Shown: positions 1 through 10,629, numbered from the stretch's first letter. The stretch is 20,000 bases of DNA from Clostridiaceae bacterium (GCA_012839865.1 DUMO01000055.1:53379-73378); one strand, 5' to 3'. Program-made: numbers and translations. Notes: generated by a model from the sequence alone, not told the origin.

Positions 1-185
1 TCAATTTCATAAGGATCATTATTGCTGCTGCTCTTAAAACTGTAGCCTGATTCCTGCAGCATTTTTACTGCCTCATCAATGGTTCTTGCATCAACCATTC
101 TGTAAAGCGAATCTTTATTAAGAAGCTTGTTTTCAATAACCTGTATTCTGGCTACAGCGTAAGCATATTCCGTATCATAGGACAA
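1..185 (-). CDS. ntpC: V/A-type ATPase subunit C, N-terminal part (runs off the window edge)
   Basis: Not in the ORF track. Manual translation from TTG at 185 (SD GGGAGTG upstream) gives MSYDTEYAYAVARIQVIENKLLNKDSLYRMVDARTIDEAVKMLQESGY..., the typical subunit C N-terminus. It follows subunit E, as in the I-K-E-C operon order. Confidence 0.88.
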   Translation of the reverse strand, partial: MSYDTEYAYAVARIQVIENKLLNKDSLYRMVDARTIDEAVKMLQESGYSFKSSSNNDPYEI

Positions 186-268
186 ACTGATCACTCCCTA
201 AATCCTGCTCATTCCGAACCAAGCAAAAAAATCAATAAGATTGCATTCATATTCAGTCAATAAAATTG

Positions 269-871
269 CTATTCTCCAAACAATATTGATACAACTTCCT
301 TTTCCAGTTCATTGCGATTCATCCTTATAATCGTGGAAAAAGTATTGTTGTATTCGATATCACCCTTTTTCAATATAAAACCGCCATCGAATTTTCCTGG
401 TTCACCGGACAGTTTCAAATTGCCCTTCAAACCCTTTTGGGCAATTTTTTTATTAATTTCATCTATAAACATTAATCCTAAACGTTCTCTATCCTTATGT
501 GATAAAATAATCTCTTCATCACCGGTAATAACAGCTTTGGATATCATGTCAAGAAGTATCTTCCCATACTCCTCCTTTGGAAGAGAATTAAGATTGTCCA
601 CAGCCTTTTGTAATACTTCATCAATCAATTTCTGCTTTGCTGAAAGCTTAATTTTTCTAACCTCAAGCCGTGCTGAACCGACAAGTCTTTCCTTTTTGAG
701 GTCAGCTTCCTTTTCAGCTTTTTTAATAATCTCCTGCTTCTTTTTTTCTCCTTCTTCCCTGGCTGCTTTTATGATATCTGCAGCCTCTTTTCTGGCATCG
801 GCAATACTTGAATCTGCTTCAATGCGGGCATCTTCAAGTATTTTCTCCACCAAATTTCGAGCATTTGACAT
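269..871 (-). CDS. ntpE: V/A-type ATPase subunit E
   Basis: Charged helical N-terminus and a C-terminal GGFILKKGDIEYNNTF motif typical of subunit E. Start moved from 886 to ATG 871 (MSNAR...), which has GGAG at SD distance. Confidence 0.9.
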   Translation of the reverse strand: MSNARNLVEKILEDARIEADSSIADARKEAADIIKAAREEGEKKKQEIIKKAEKEADLKKERLVGSARLEVRKIKLSAKQKLIDEVLQKAVDNLNSLPKEEYGKILLDMISKAVITGDEEIILSHKDRERLGLMFIDEINKKIAQKGLKGNLKLSGEPGKFDGGFILKKGDIEYNNTFSTIIRMNRNELEKEVVSILFGE

Positions 872-888
872 ATCGGCACACTCCATTT

Positions 889-1374
<486 letters not shown>

Positions 1375-3333
1375 TTATTTTACCTCCTGTTTAAGTTTTA
1401 TGTATTTAGTATTTATTTTTAAAGGATCAAAGGCCTTACCTCCGTCCTCATAAAACCTGCCGAAAAACTCTACATACTGGAGACGGGCCGCATGAACAAA
1501 GGCTCCCAGTCCTCCGGACAGAATGTTGAAGGTATGCCCGATGAGAGCAACTATAATTAACAGGATTATACCGAAAATATTGTCAACCCCGAGAATTGTG
1601 CCCATGGTATTAATAACAGATGCAATAACTGCACCCGCCATACCCATGGCTAGAAGCCTTGAGTAGGACAGAATATCGCTTAAAATACCAACAGTGTCAT
1701 ATAATTTCAATACACCGCTTAACAGTTTTCTGAATATTCCCTTCTGGCTTCTTCCCTGTGTAAGGACAATTGAAATTACTCCTCCAATTGCCATATACTT
1801 ACCCGCAACACTAAGTGACGGCACTGCCAAAAGAGCAAGACCACCCAGGAAAATATACCAGGTAAGTACATCAAATATGGCATCAAGAATTTTACCGTCC
1901 CTTATAAGCATATAGCCTTTAATACCCATGCTGAATAAAATTTGTACAGCTCCAAATATGACACACCAAAGAAGCATTCTTAAAGGATCTTCCAGGGAGT
2001 TGAACCATAATGGCGGTATAACACCGGGTCTCCCAAAAATCTGATCGAACAGGTCTCCAAACCATCCGCCGAAAAGGGCACCTATTATAACAGTTGCAGC
2101 ACCACACAAAAAAAGAAGTTTAATTGACTTTTCCATTGTGCCTTCCAACTTGTAACGCCAGATAAAAAAGCCTGAAATTAAAAGCATTAATAATCCGTAC
2201 GCTGCATCACCCATCATAACAGCAAATGAAATCAGGAAAAAGGGTGCCAGAAGTCCCGTGGCATCCACGCCATGGGAACCTGGAAGGCTGTATAATTCCA
2301 ATAATGGCTCAAAAGGCCTTATAAGACTGTTGTTTCGCAGTAGTACGGGAAACTCTTCCCCGTCTTCAGGTTCACTTATCTCAACAAGACAGGTGAATTC
2401 ATTTTCAATTTTTTCTTTAACCTTACCGGCAAGTTCACTTGGGAGCCAACCTTCAAAAATGAAGGAATTGTCTGTTTTCATCAGGTTGTTGTATGATTTC
2501 TCCCTGTCCAGCTCCATCATAAACCAGTCGTGCAGGATTTCCAGGTCAAAAAGTATGGAAGACAGCTCCTTTACTTCATTTGCCAAAACTTCACGGGAAT
2601 TTTGTATTTCTTCCGTCTCCTTTTTGAGTCTTTCAATATTCTGGCTGACAGTGCCTTCAAGGCCGTCAAATGCAGTTCTGCTGAACCCATACTTTTGTAG
2701 TATCTCGACTACAGATTTTTCTATTGAGTTGTGATAAAGTACAGCACAATAAATTTGTTCACTGGTCTTGCTTACTATATGGAATATGCTGAATGGTGCA
2801 TTTTTTTCCAGTTCATCCTTGATAACATCAATCTCCGTGTTTTCAGGCAATGTTCCAAGAATTATCGTAGTTTTCCCGGTTGAGCATTGATTGACAGGGA
2901 GATTGAAAGATTGCCATGGTATGAGTAATTGAATAAGATTATTCAGCTTGCTTTCCTGGGAACGTAAGCTTGAAAGCTCTGATTCAATTTCGTCAATTCG
3001 GGAAACAGTATTCATTATATTAGGTTTTTTCTCTAAAACCTTGTTTATTTCAGAGGTAACGATTTCTCTTTTAGGTTCCAGAAAACCTTTTTTTCTTTGG
3101 TCGTACGGGCTGAAGTATTTAATGGCGGATTCGATTTTCCGGATATCTGTCTCAAGCTCATTTTGCCTGTCAAGGCAGCCATCCCGGTTTACAAGCCCGG
3201 ACCAGTTTTCATCATTGAGTTTGCTCTCTGCTTCGGATATTTCAACTACCCCCATACTCATGAGGGAATCCAATAACCTCTTTTTTTCCTTTTCAAGTCC
3301 GGCAAGGGCTATCTTGCTCATTTTAACGATCAT
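1375..3333 (-). CDS. ntpI: V/A-type ATPase subunit I (a)
   Basis: 652 aa; soluble N-terminal half and hydrophobic C-terminal half with MGDAAYG, LSYSRLLAMG (essential Arg) and HAARLQYVEFFGRFYEDGG. Confidence 0.96.
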   Translation of the reverse strand: MIVKMSKIALAGLEKEKKRLLDSLMSMGVVEISEAESKLNDENWSGLVNRDGCLDRQNELETDIRKIESAIKYFSPYDQRKKGFLEPKREIVTSEINKVLEKKPNIMNTVSRIDEIESELSSLRSQESKLNNLIQLLIPWQSFNLPVNQCSTGKTTIILGTLPENTEIDVIKDELEKNAPFSIFHIVSKTSEQIYCAVLYHNSIEKSVVEILQKYGFSRTAFDGLEGTVSQNIERLKKETEEIQNSREVLANEVKELSSILFDLEILHDWFMMELDREKSYNNLMKTDNSFIFEGWLPSELAGKVKEKIENEFTCLVEISEPEDGEEFPVLLRNNSLIRPFEPLLELYSLPGSHGVDATGLLAPFFLISFAVMMGDAAYGLLMLLISGFFIWRYKLEGTMEKSIKLLFLCGAATVIIGALFGGWFGDLFDQIFGRPGVIPPLWFNSLEDPLRMLLWCVIFGAVQILFSMGIKGYMLIRDGKILDAIFDVLTWYIFLGGLALLAVPSLSVAGKYMAIGGVISIVLTQGRSQKGIFRKLLSGVLKLYDTVGILSDILSYSRLLAMGMAGAVIASVINTMGTILGVDNIFGIILLIIVALIGHTFNILSGGLGAFVHAARLQYVEFFGRFYEDGGKAFDPLKINTKYIKLKQEVK

Positions 3334-3646
3334 GACCTTTTATTATCCTCCCGATAATAAAATCAACAGCTTTTTCAATATTTCCCTTGACACTTTCATT
3401 TAATGATTCGCAATCTTTTAGAGCTTCTGCATTTATCTTTTCAATTTCTCTGTTTGCATCTTCCTCGGCATCATTCAAAAGCTTCGCAGCATGAGCTTCG
3501 GCTTCCTGAATTGAACGATCAACAATTTTGGCAGCTTCTTCATAAGCATCTTTTATTATTTGACGGCTGTCCAGTCTGGCCTTATTCTTTATTTGCTCTG
3601 CCTCATTTTCAGCTTTTTTGATGTCTTTTACGATATCAATCAGCAC
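3323..3646 (-). CDS. ntpF: V/A-type ATPase peripheral stalk subunit G/H (NtpF-like)
   Basis: Short A/E/K-rich coiled coil directly before subunit I. Start reassigned to GTG 3646 (SD GGTGG); the track start at 3685 would overlap the predicted transcription start. Confidence 0.85.
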   Translation of the reverse strand: MLIDIVKDIKKAENEAEQIKNKARLDSRQIIKDAYEEAAKIVDRSIQEAEAHAAKLLNDAEEDANREIEKINAEALKDCESLNESVKGNIEKAVDFIIGRIIKGHDR

Positions 3647-3687
3647 ATTGCCACCACCCAAATGAATATTGTTCCAACTATTCACTT

Positions 3688-3716
3688 ATTGTAGCAAAAA
3701 GCCGTTGAAAGTACAA
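3688..3716 (-). promoter_or_regulatory. sigmaA-type promoter of the V-ATPase operon
   Basis: Minus strand TTGTAC-17 nt-TACAAT, about 40 nt upstream of the GTG start. Confidence 0.7.
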
Positions 3717-3821
3717 GTCCTCAAAGGATCAAACCCGTATAATCAAAAAACATGGCAATTATTGCCTTTGTTTCTATTAATTTAGAGTAATATTATTATG
3801 TTGCTTTGTAAAAATTAATTA

Positions 3822-3850
3822 TAGAAAACAAGACATACCCGCTATATAAT
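3822..3850 (+). promoter_or_regulatory. Possible sigmaA-type promoter for ymaF
   Basis: TAGAAA-17 nt-TATAAT. A sporulation-type -10 (CATACAAT, 3908-3915) also lies downstream, without a convincing -35. Confidence 0.35.
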
Positions 3851-3970
3851 ATTGTATGTAAAAAGAACTTCCGTCTTGTGCACTAACCTTGTTATGTTTC
3901 TTTAATACATACAATTGTTGTATAACCCTGAATATTGAAATAAAGAGGTGAACCGCACCAGCGGGATACG

Positions 3971-4294
3971 ATGATGGTAAATCATATACATGATTTTAAA
4001 TTTGATGCTGAAATATCAAATTGCCATACTCACAGTGTTGCAGGCTACACTGACTGCATGCTGGGTGTAAATGCCTTGCACTTTCATTATTTTAGCGGTA
4101 TTTCAACATACAAAAACCATACCCATCATTTCTCAGGGTATACCGGTCCACCCATAAAGACTGAGAACGGGCATGTGCATAAAATCTCAGGGTATCTTGA
4201 AAGCAGGAGTTTTCACTCTCACAAATTTAATAACTATACCTATGAGGAAGTGTCATACAACTCGCCCAGGCTTCACCAGAGAGTTATGATTTAA
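3971..4294 (+). CDS. ymaF: YmaF-family histidine-rich protein
   Basis: 107 aa with six HxH motifs on short beta-strand-like repeats (HIH, HTH, HFH, HTHH, HVH, HSH) and a TGPPI..GHVH segment typical of YmaF. Confidence 0.75.
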   Translation: MMVNHIHDFKFDAEISNCHTHSVAGYTDCMLGVNALHFHYFSGISTYKNHTHHFSGYTGPPIKTENGHVHKISGYLESRSFHSHKFNNYTYEEVSYNSPRLHQRVMI

Positions 4295-4310
4295 ACCATT
4301 ATTTTCACTA

Positions 4311-4350
4311 GATTTTAAAAAGTTTCGATTTTTGTTTCCTTTATAAAATC
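4311..4350. terminator. Weak AT-rich hairpin between convergent ymaF and transglutaminase genes
   Basis: GATTTTAAAAAG (4311-4322) and CTTTATAAAATC (4339-4350) are 11/12 complementary. Confidence 0.3.
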
Positions 4351-4371
4351 ATATGCCGGTGTGTTGACGGT

Positions 4372-5544
4372 TTACCATTCACCCTGTATCTCGGCATATT
4401 TGTGGTCGACATTAAAATCCGCCTTGTCAAAATAATCAGCCTGGATTCCAAAGGTTGTATCTACATTTATCCAGTTGTCCTCTTCCCTGCTGTAAACCTG
4501 GTTCCAAGCATGGTCACCCCATGCAATTCCGCTGTAGGCAAGGCCGGTAACCAACCTTACCTTCAATCCTGACGCTCGGCACATTGAGACATACAAGCTT
4601 GAAAAATCAAAACAAATACCCTTTTTTTCATAAAAAGCCGTTATTGTACCGGAATCAATTCCCCGGGGGTCTTTGCTTACTTTTTCCACCTTGTCATAAT
4701 CATATTCAATATTTTCGGTTATCCATTGATATAATAGAAATGCTTGTTCCCTGTCGGTTGACCCTTGCTTCGTTATCTGCCTTGCAAGGTTATCGATTTC
4801 ATCAGTTGATTTGACTGCCTCATCTAAAGTCACACCGTTAAAATATCTTATAATCTTTATTTTTTCGTCTGAAATGCCTTCAGGAGGCTTTTCATCAACG
4901 TAACTGTTGAGCTTTGCAAAAGTATCATTGAGAATTACAGGTATTCTTTTGGCGATATTGGAGTTCAGAACGGGATATATAGTTTTACTGTAAACAAACT
5001 GGTATGTTCCGGACTGCTTCATTTGTGAGGCCAGAAGCGGTATGGTCACATAGTAGTTTGCAAAATTGAGGAGCAATGCACAAAGAAAAACAATGAAAAG
5101 GCTCTGGGGCAGGTTTGAAATACCCAGCAACAACTTTCTCGGGAAACTTTTCATTGACTTTAAGCCTGAAAAAATCAAATCTGTCAGCGGATCCAGCAGC
5201 AATCTTTTTAAAAGCCAGTCCACAAGTCTCATCAAAAGCGTTAATATTATAAATAAAGCCGGCACGGCTATAAGGTATGTCAGCACATCATTCCCGAAGA
5301 GAAAATTTCGGATAACTTCAGGAATTTTGCTGTAAATGACCTCATAAAACGTGCCTTCGTTATTGAAAAAGATCCTTTTAGTAAAAAATATGGACAACAT
5401 CAAAGACACAATTAATTCAATATTCCCCAGAATATTAATCAATGAATTTTTGATGCTTTCCCTGGTGAATTTGCCAAAAAAACCTGCAAGTATTGGTATG
5501 CAGAAAACTGTCCACAGGAACAGTGAAATAATGTTAATCTTCAT
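4372..5544 (-). CDS. Membrane-anchored transglutaminase-like (TGc) domain protein
   Basis: Several N-terminal hydrophobic helices; C-terminal Cys-His-Asp triad motifs GICFDFS, HAWNQVY and WINVDTT; SD AAGGTG. Confidence 0.85.
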   Translation of the reverse strand: MKINIISLFLWTVFCIPILAGFFGKFTRESIKNSLINILGNIELIVSLMLSIFFTKRIFFNNEGTFYEVIYSKIPEVIRNFLFGNDVLTYLIAVPALFIILTLLMRLVDWLLKRLLLDPLTDLIFSGLKSMKSFPRKLLLGISNLPQSLFIVFLCALLLNFANYYVTIPLLASQMKQSGTYQFVYSKTIYPVLNSNIAKRIPVILNDTFAKLNSYVDEKPPEGISDEKIKIIRYFNGVTLDEAVKSTDEIDNLARQITKQGSTDREQAFLLYQWITENIEYDYDKVEKVSKDPRGIDSGTITAFYEKKGICFDFSSLYVSMCRASGLKVRLVTGLAYSGIAWGDHAWNQVYSREEDNWINVDTTFGIQADYFDKADFNVDHKYAEIQGEW

Positions 5545-5561
5545 AAAACAACACCTTATTA

Positions 5562-5635
5562 TTGCAGCAACAACACTACTTTTAATGATGATTGAAGACT
5601 CAGAACCTCAATATAGCATATTATTGTTGCTGCAA
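5562..5635. repeat. Perfect 12-bp inverted repeat with an imperfect inner stem
   Basis: TTGCAGCAACAA (5562-5573) and TTGTTGCTGCAA (5624-5635), 50 nt apart. Confidence 0.8.
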
Positions 5636-5657
5636 CAGTCCCATAAGTCATTTTCCT

Positions 5658-7994
5658 TTACTTGCTGTAATAGTTTATCAGGCACCCTGAAAGAATGATG
5701 TCTCTTTCGCCCTTTTCAAGATTCTTCAGGTTCAAGGTTATATTCCTGGTTCCTTCAGAACCTGTTATAACAGCCTCAACTGTTTCAGCACCGCTTTCTA
5801 TTGATTCCTTTATACCCGGTATGAATATATAATCATCCAATTTGAACGGAATCTCTTCAAAATTTTCAATAGTAAACGGAATAATCCCCCAGTTTATCAA
5901 ATTGCTGCGGTAGCGTTTTGTAGCATACTCCCGTGAAATATTTGCCCAGCCACCAAGGACCTTCTGACAGGATGCTGCCTGTTCCCTGGCTGAGCCGTCA
6001 CCGGGCTTGTTGGCATAAATAACACTGCCTATTCCCGTATTCTTAAGTATATCATCATATAAAGAGTAATTCAGTTTTTCCTGAACTGCACTGAGAACTT
6101 CCTTCAACTCAGAATTAATCTCATCGAAGCTGTGATCCTCATTTTTAGCGGCTTTCCTTCGTTTCAACTCCAGTCCGTAAACAGCCTTGGCTCTGGCAAC
6201 ATAACCCGGGTCCTTCCTGGACAATGTAAACTCGGCCAATTTCAAAGGATTGGACCTGTAAGAGGAAGTTTCCCCGGAAGGTATCAGTTCATCGGTGGTT
6301 GTAACAGGGTCATTTATTACTGAAACCACCTTGAGAAGCAAGTTATCTGTAAGTTCAATCATTTTGGGCCAGTCAGCTATGTTCGGTCCAAACTTAAGCT
6401 GTTTGCCGGGGTCCGGCCTGCCAAATCCATTATATACACGATTGTCGTATACTTTTTTATTAAATGAATAAATGTGTTTTCTCTCATTGACAACAAGCTC
6501 GGTGGCAGCAGTAAGCAATCCGCCGTTTGCAGCAGTGGCTGTTATGGACCTGGCATCCATTAGAGCAACATAAGATACCTGACCGTCACCTGGCTTTGAA
6601 CCTTCACGGTTCGGGAAATTCCTGGTTGTATGGCGTATGCTGAAACCATTGTTGCACGGAATGTCCCCTGCGCCAAAGCAAGGTCCACAGAAAGCGCTTC
6701 GTATTATGGCACCTGCTGTCATTAGTTTTTCCATAATACCCTGTCTGATAAGCTCAAGATAAACCGGCTGGCTTGAAGGATATACACTGAGAGAAAATCC
6801 TTGGTGGCCTATGCTTTTACCCTCCAGTACATCAGCTGCATAGCATATGTTTTCAAACATTCCACCGGCGCAGCCTGCTATTACACCCTGGTCAACTTTT
6901 ATTCTGCCGTTTTCAATCTTGTCATGAAGTTTGTATTCTAAACCGGAACCAAACTGCCTGCGTGCTTCGGCTTCAATTTCCGCAAGAAAATCACCTGCAT
7001 TTTTATTGACCTCTGTTATGGGATAAGCATTGCTTGGATGGAAGGGCAGCGCGATCATAGGCTGTACTTTGGAAAGGTCAACCCTTACCATGGCGTCATA
7101 GTATGCTATTCTGCCGGGTTCAAGTTTTTTATAATCATCCCCGCGGTTATGAGTCTTATAGTATTCCAATACTTTATCATCGGTACACCATATTGAACTC
7201 AGACAGGTACTTTCGGTTGTCATGACATCTATTCCGTTTCTGAAATCCACTGATAGTTCAGAAACACCAGGTCCGACAAATTCCATAACCTTGTTCTTGA
7301 CAAAACCATTTTTGAACACAGCTGCGATTATGGCAAGAGCAATATCCTGGGGCCCGACACCATATGCAGGTTTTCCTTCAAGATATACTGCTATTACTTT
7401 GGGAGCTTCAATATCATATGTTTTTCCAAGAAGCTGTTTAACAAGCTCAGGTCCTCCCTCACCGACACCCATGGTGCCAAGGGCTCCATATCGGGTATGA
7501 CTGTCGGAACCCAATATCATGCGGCCGCAACCTGTCATCATTTCCCTCATGTATTGATGAATAACAGCCAGATGGGCTGGTACAAATATCCCACCGTATT
7601 TTTGCGCTGCCGATAACCCGAAAAAGTGGTCATCTTCATTAATTGTACCTCCAACAGCACAAAGACTGTTATGACAATTGGTAAGAACATAAGGTAAAGG
7701 AAACTTAAAAAGACCGCTGGCCCTTGCTGTTTGGATAATGCCAACATAAGTTATGTCATGGGATGCCAGGGCATCAAATTTTATTTTTAGGAAATTGTCG
7801 CTGTTATTGGTGTTATGCCTGGATAAAATCTGCCATGCTATTGTTTTCTTCCTGGCTGATTCTGGCAATGCTTCAGACAAGGGTATATTCCTTTTTATCA
7901 GTTCTTCTTTAAGTTGTTCCTCACAGGACAAATCCGAAGAAACAACATACTTTCCATCAATTAGATAAATACCGTGGTTTATTAATTGAACCAT
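5658..7994 (-). CDS. ybhJ: Aconitase-family [4Fe-4S] hydratase, YbhJ type
   Basis: Motifs [44 protein letters not shown] and [10 protein letters not shown], closely recalling E. coli YbhJ; SD AAGGAGG. Confidence 0.88.
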   Translation of the reverse strand: MVQLINHGIYLIDGKYVVSSDLSCEEQLKEELIKRNIPLSEALPESARKKTIAWQILSRHNTNNSDNFLKIKFDALASHDITYVGIIQTARASGLFKFPLPYVLTNCHNSLCAVGGTINEDDHFFGLSAAQKYGGIFVPAHLAVIHQYMREMMTGCGRMILGSDSHTRYGALGTMGVGEGGPELVKQLLGKTYDIEAPKVIAVYLEGKPAYGVGPQDIALAIIAAVFKNGFVKNKVMEFVGPGVSELSVDFRNGIDVMTTESTCLSSIWCTDDKVLEYYKTHNRGDDYKKLEPGRIAYYDAMVRVDLSKVQPMIALPFHPSNAYPITEVNKNAGDFLAEIEAEARRQFGSGLEYKLHDKIENGRIKVDQGVIAGCAGGMFENICYAADVLEGKSIGHQGFSLSVYPSSQPVYLELIRQGIMEKLMTAGAIIRSAFCGPCFGAGDIPCNNGFSIRHTTRNFPNREGSKPGDGQVSYVALMDARSITATAANGGLLTAATELVVNERKHIYSFNKKVYDNRVYNGFGRPDPGKQLKFGPNIADWPKMIELTDNLLLKVVSVINDPVTTTDELIPSGETSSYRSNPLKLAEFTLSRKDPGYVARAKAVYGLELKRRKAAKNEDHSFDEINSELKEVLSAVQEKLNYSLYDDILKNTGIGSVIYANKPGDGSAREQAASCQKVLGGWANISREYATKRYRSNLINWGIIPFTIENFEEIPFKLDDYIFIPGIKESIESGAETVEAVITGSEGTRNITLNLKNLEKGERDIILSGCLINYYSK

Positions 7995-8005
7995 CCTAAG
8001 CCTCC

Positions 8006-8542
8006 TTAATTATAATTCATGCCCAGTTCAAAGGCTTTCATTTCTTCAGGAATCAGGTGATGTTTTCTCGGGGGCAATGTTTTCTTAAGAGCAAGTTCAA
8101 AGTTCTCCTTTGAGATGATGTTTGTTTCGGCCACCAGTTTGCCTAAAAGTATTATGTTTGCAAATACCTGATTCCCCATTTCAGATGCTATGCGGGTAGC
8201 CGGAATTTCAAAAACCTTTATGTCATTTCTGGTGCATTTTCTGTCAACCAGAGAACTGTCAATCACGATTATTCCGCCCGGTTCAACAAAACTCTCAAAT
8301 TTGGCCAATGAAGGCGTATTCATAACAATTAAGGATGTTGAACTGTTAAGAATTGGAGATCCAACCTGGCCATCAGTTATTATTACATTGCAATTTGCCG
8401 TTCCTCCACGCATTTCAGGTCCATAGGACGGAAGCCATGAAACATTCATGTTTCCAAGCATTCCTGCATATGCTAAAAGCCTTCCCGCAGAAAGTATTCC
8501 CTGTCCTCCAAAACCTGCAATTATAATTTCCTGCAGCACCAT
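8006..8542 (-). CDS. 2-oxoacid:ferredoxin oxidoreductase gamma subunit
   Basis: IAGFGGQGI and [14 protein letters not shown] motifs. Confidence 0.93.
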   Translation of the reverse strand: MVLQEIIIAGFGGQGILSAGRLLAYAGMLGNMNVSWLPSYGPEMRGGTANCNVIITDGQVGSPILNSSTSLIVMNTPSLAKFESFVEPGGIIVIDSSLVDRKCTRNDIKVFEIPATRIASEMGNQVFANIILLGKLVAETNIISKENFELALKKTLPPRKHHLIPEEMKAFELGMNYN

Positions 8543-8548
8543 CTATGC

Positions 8549-9295
8549 TTACACCTCCAAATCCTTTCCTTTAAAGTTGCCCAACGGAAATACGGGCAGC
8601 AATTCTTCTTCAATTCTCTTCAGGGACTCGGAAGGATTCAACCCCCAGTTGGTCGGGCAGGTTGAAAGAACTTCAACAATCGAAAAACCTTTCTTTGCAA
8701 GTTGAACCTTAAAGGCCTTTTTTATAGCTTTCTTTGCATTAATAATGTTTTTTATATTGTGTGTGGATACTCTTTCTACAAAAGTAGCTCCGTCAAGAGT
8801 GGATAAAAGTTCGCATACTCTAATGGGAAATCCATGAAATTCAGGTTTTCTGCCAAATGGAGTGGTTTGAGTTACCTGACCTAATATGGTAGTGGGTGCC
8901 ATCTGACCTGATGTCATACCATATACCGTATTGTTTGCAAATATAACCGTAATATTTTCTCCTCTTGTTGCAGCATGAACAATTTCAGCCATGCCTATTG
9001 CCGCCAGGTCTCCGTCACCCTGATAGGCAAAAACCACATTGTCAGGATTCACACGTTTAACCCCTGTTGCAACCGCCGGAGCCCTGCCATGGGCAGCTTG
9101 CACCATGTCACAGTTAAAAAATTCATAGTTACCGTATGTGCAGCCTACAGGCGATATGCCTATTGTCTTTCCTTCAATATCAAGTTCGTCCAGACACTCG
9201 GCAATCATTCTATGGATAATGCCATGTGTACATCCCGGACAGAAAGTTGTCGGGACATCACGCAGCGCATGTGGCCTTTTCATCACTATTGCCAT
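8549..9295 (-). CDS. 2-oxoacid:ferredoxin oxidoreductase beta (TPP-binding) subunit
   Basis: FCPGCTHG, HGRAPAVATG, TPP motif GDGD...NN, and EVLSTCPTNWG. Confidence 0.93.
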   Translation of the reverse strand: MAIVMKRPHALRDVPTTFCPGCTHGIIHRMIAECLDELDIEGKTIGISPVGCTYGNYEFFNCDMVQAAHGRAPAVATGVKRVNPDNVVFAYQGDGDLAAIGMAEIVHAATRGENITVIFANNTVYGMTSGQMAPTTILGQVTQTTPFGRKPEFHGFPIRVCELLSTLDGATFVERVSTHNIKNIINAKKAIKKAFKVQLAKKGFSIVEVLSTCPTNWGLNPSESLKRIEEELLPVFPLGNFKGKDLEV

Positions 9296-9366
9296 TTTAC
9301 TTCCCCTTTCAATCTTTCTTTTTACGCCTCACTATCAAATTATTTTTTTCTATGGTAAACCGGACA

Positions 9367-10431
9367 CTATTTGGCTTCCCTGAGTATTTCCCTAATCTTG
9401 TCAAGAATCTCACTCTGTGCAGGTATCATTCCACCCATTCGCCCGTAAAAATGAACTTCATTCCTGCCATTCAGGGACAGTCTTACGTCCTCCACCATCT
9501 GTCCCGCACTCATCTCTACTGTCAGAAAAGCCTTTGGAACATCTGCATACTTTTGAAAAGCTTTTTCAGGGAATGGCCATAAGGATACAGGTCTTATGAG
9601 TCCTACCTTGATGCCTTCCTTTTCAGCTGTCTTGATGACATTTTTTACAATACGGGCAACTGTTCCATAAGCTGCTACTATGATATCAGCATCATCACAA
9701 TTGTATACTTCAACTCTGGTTTCATTTTCAGATATCTTTTTATATTTTGCCTGCAAATTCAGGTTGTGCTTTTCCAATGTAACGGGGTCAATATATATTG
9801 ACGTTATAACGTTATGATCTCTTAGCAATTTGGTACCCGTTGCAGCCCACGGTTTTTCATAAACCTTGTTATCTTCCTCATCTCTGAATTCAACTACCTC
9901 CATCATCTGGCCAAGGGTGCCGTCACCCATTATCATGGAAGCAATTCTATACCTGTCGGCTATGTTGAAAGCTTCAACAGTCAGCTCATAAGCTTCCTGA
10001 ACACTTGCCGGCGCCAGAACAACCATCTTATAGTCACCGTGGCCACCGCCTTTTACCGCTTGAAAATAATCCCCCTGGGCAGGTAAAATACCTCCGAGAC
10101 CTGGTCCGCTTCTGACAATGTTTACAATTACCGCCGGTAATTCCGCACCCGCTATATACGATAAACCTTCCTGCTTCAGGCTGATGCCGGGACTTGAGGA
10201 TGTGGTAAGCACCCTTGCTCCTGCACTTGCAGCACCATAAACCATGTTGATGGCCGCAACTTCACTTTCCGCCTGTATGAAAGTACCGTTAACCTCAGGC
10301 ATTTTTCGTGCCATGTAATGTGATATTTCCGACTGGGGTGTAATAGGATAGCCGAAATAAAATCTGCAGCCTGCTCTTATAGCAGCTTCGGCTATTGCTT
10401 CATTTCCCTTCATAAGCATCTTTTCACCCAA
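9367..10431 (-). CDS. vorB: 2-oxoacid:ferredoxin oxidoreductase alpha subunit (VorB-type)
   Basis: KGNEAIAEAA, GYPITPQSE, QAESEVAA and TSSSPGISLKQE; TTG start with SD AAGGGGGAG. Substrate (branched-chain acids vs 2-oxoglutarate) cannot be decided from motifs. Confidence 0.88.
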   Translation of the reverse strand: MGEKMLMKGNEAIAEAAIRAGCRFYFGYPITPQSEISHYMARKMPEVNGTFIQAESEVAAINMVYGAASAGARVLTTSSSPGISLKQEGLSYIAGAELPAVIVNIVRSGPGLGGILPAQGDYFQAVKGGGHGDYKMVVLAPASVQEAYELTVEAFNIADRYRIASMIMGDGTLGQMMEVVEFRDEEDNKVYEKPWAATGTKLLRDHNVITSIYIDPVTLEKHNLNLQAKYKKISENETRVEVYNCDDADIIVAAYGTVARIVKNVIKTAEKEGIKVGLIRPVSLWPFPEKAFQKYADVPKAFLTVEMSAGQMVEDVRLSLNGRNEVHFYGRMGGMIPAQSEILDKIREILREAK

Positions 10432-10629
10432 TTTATTTCTCCCCCTTAAGAATTACTGTTTTTATCTTACGACTTACCATTTGACTGATTGAATCACTGA
10501 ACTACTGTATGTATTTCAATATCATACAACCGGTTAATAAATTATCTTGTAATTTTCTCAATTCTTTAAATAAAAAAATACCTTAAGAAAATGTTTTAAT
10601 ATCAAAAAACATTGTTTTCCTGACTTATA

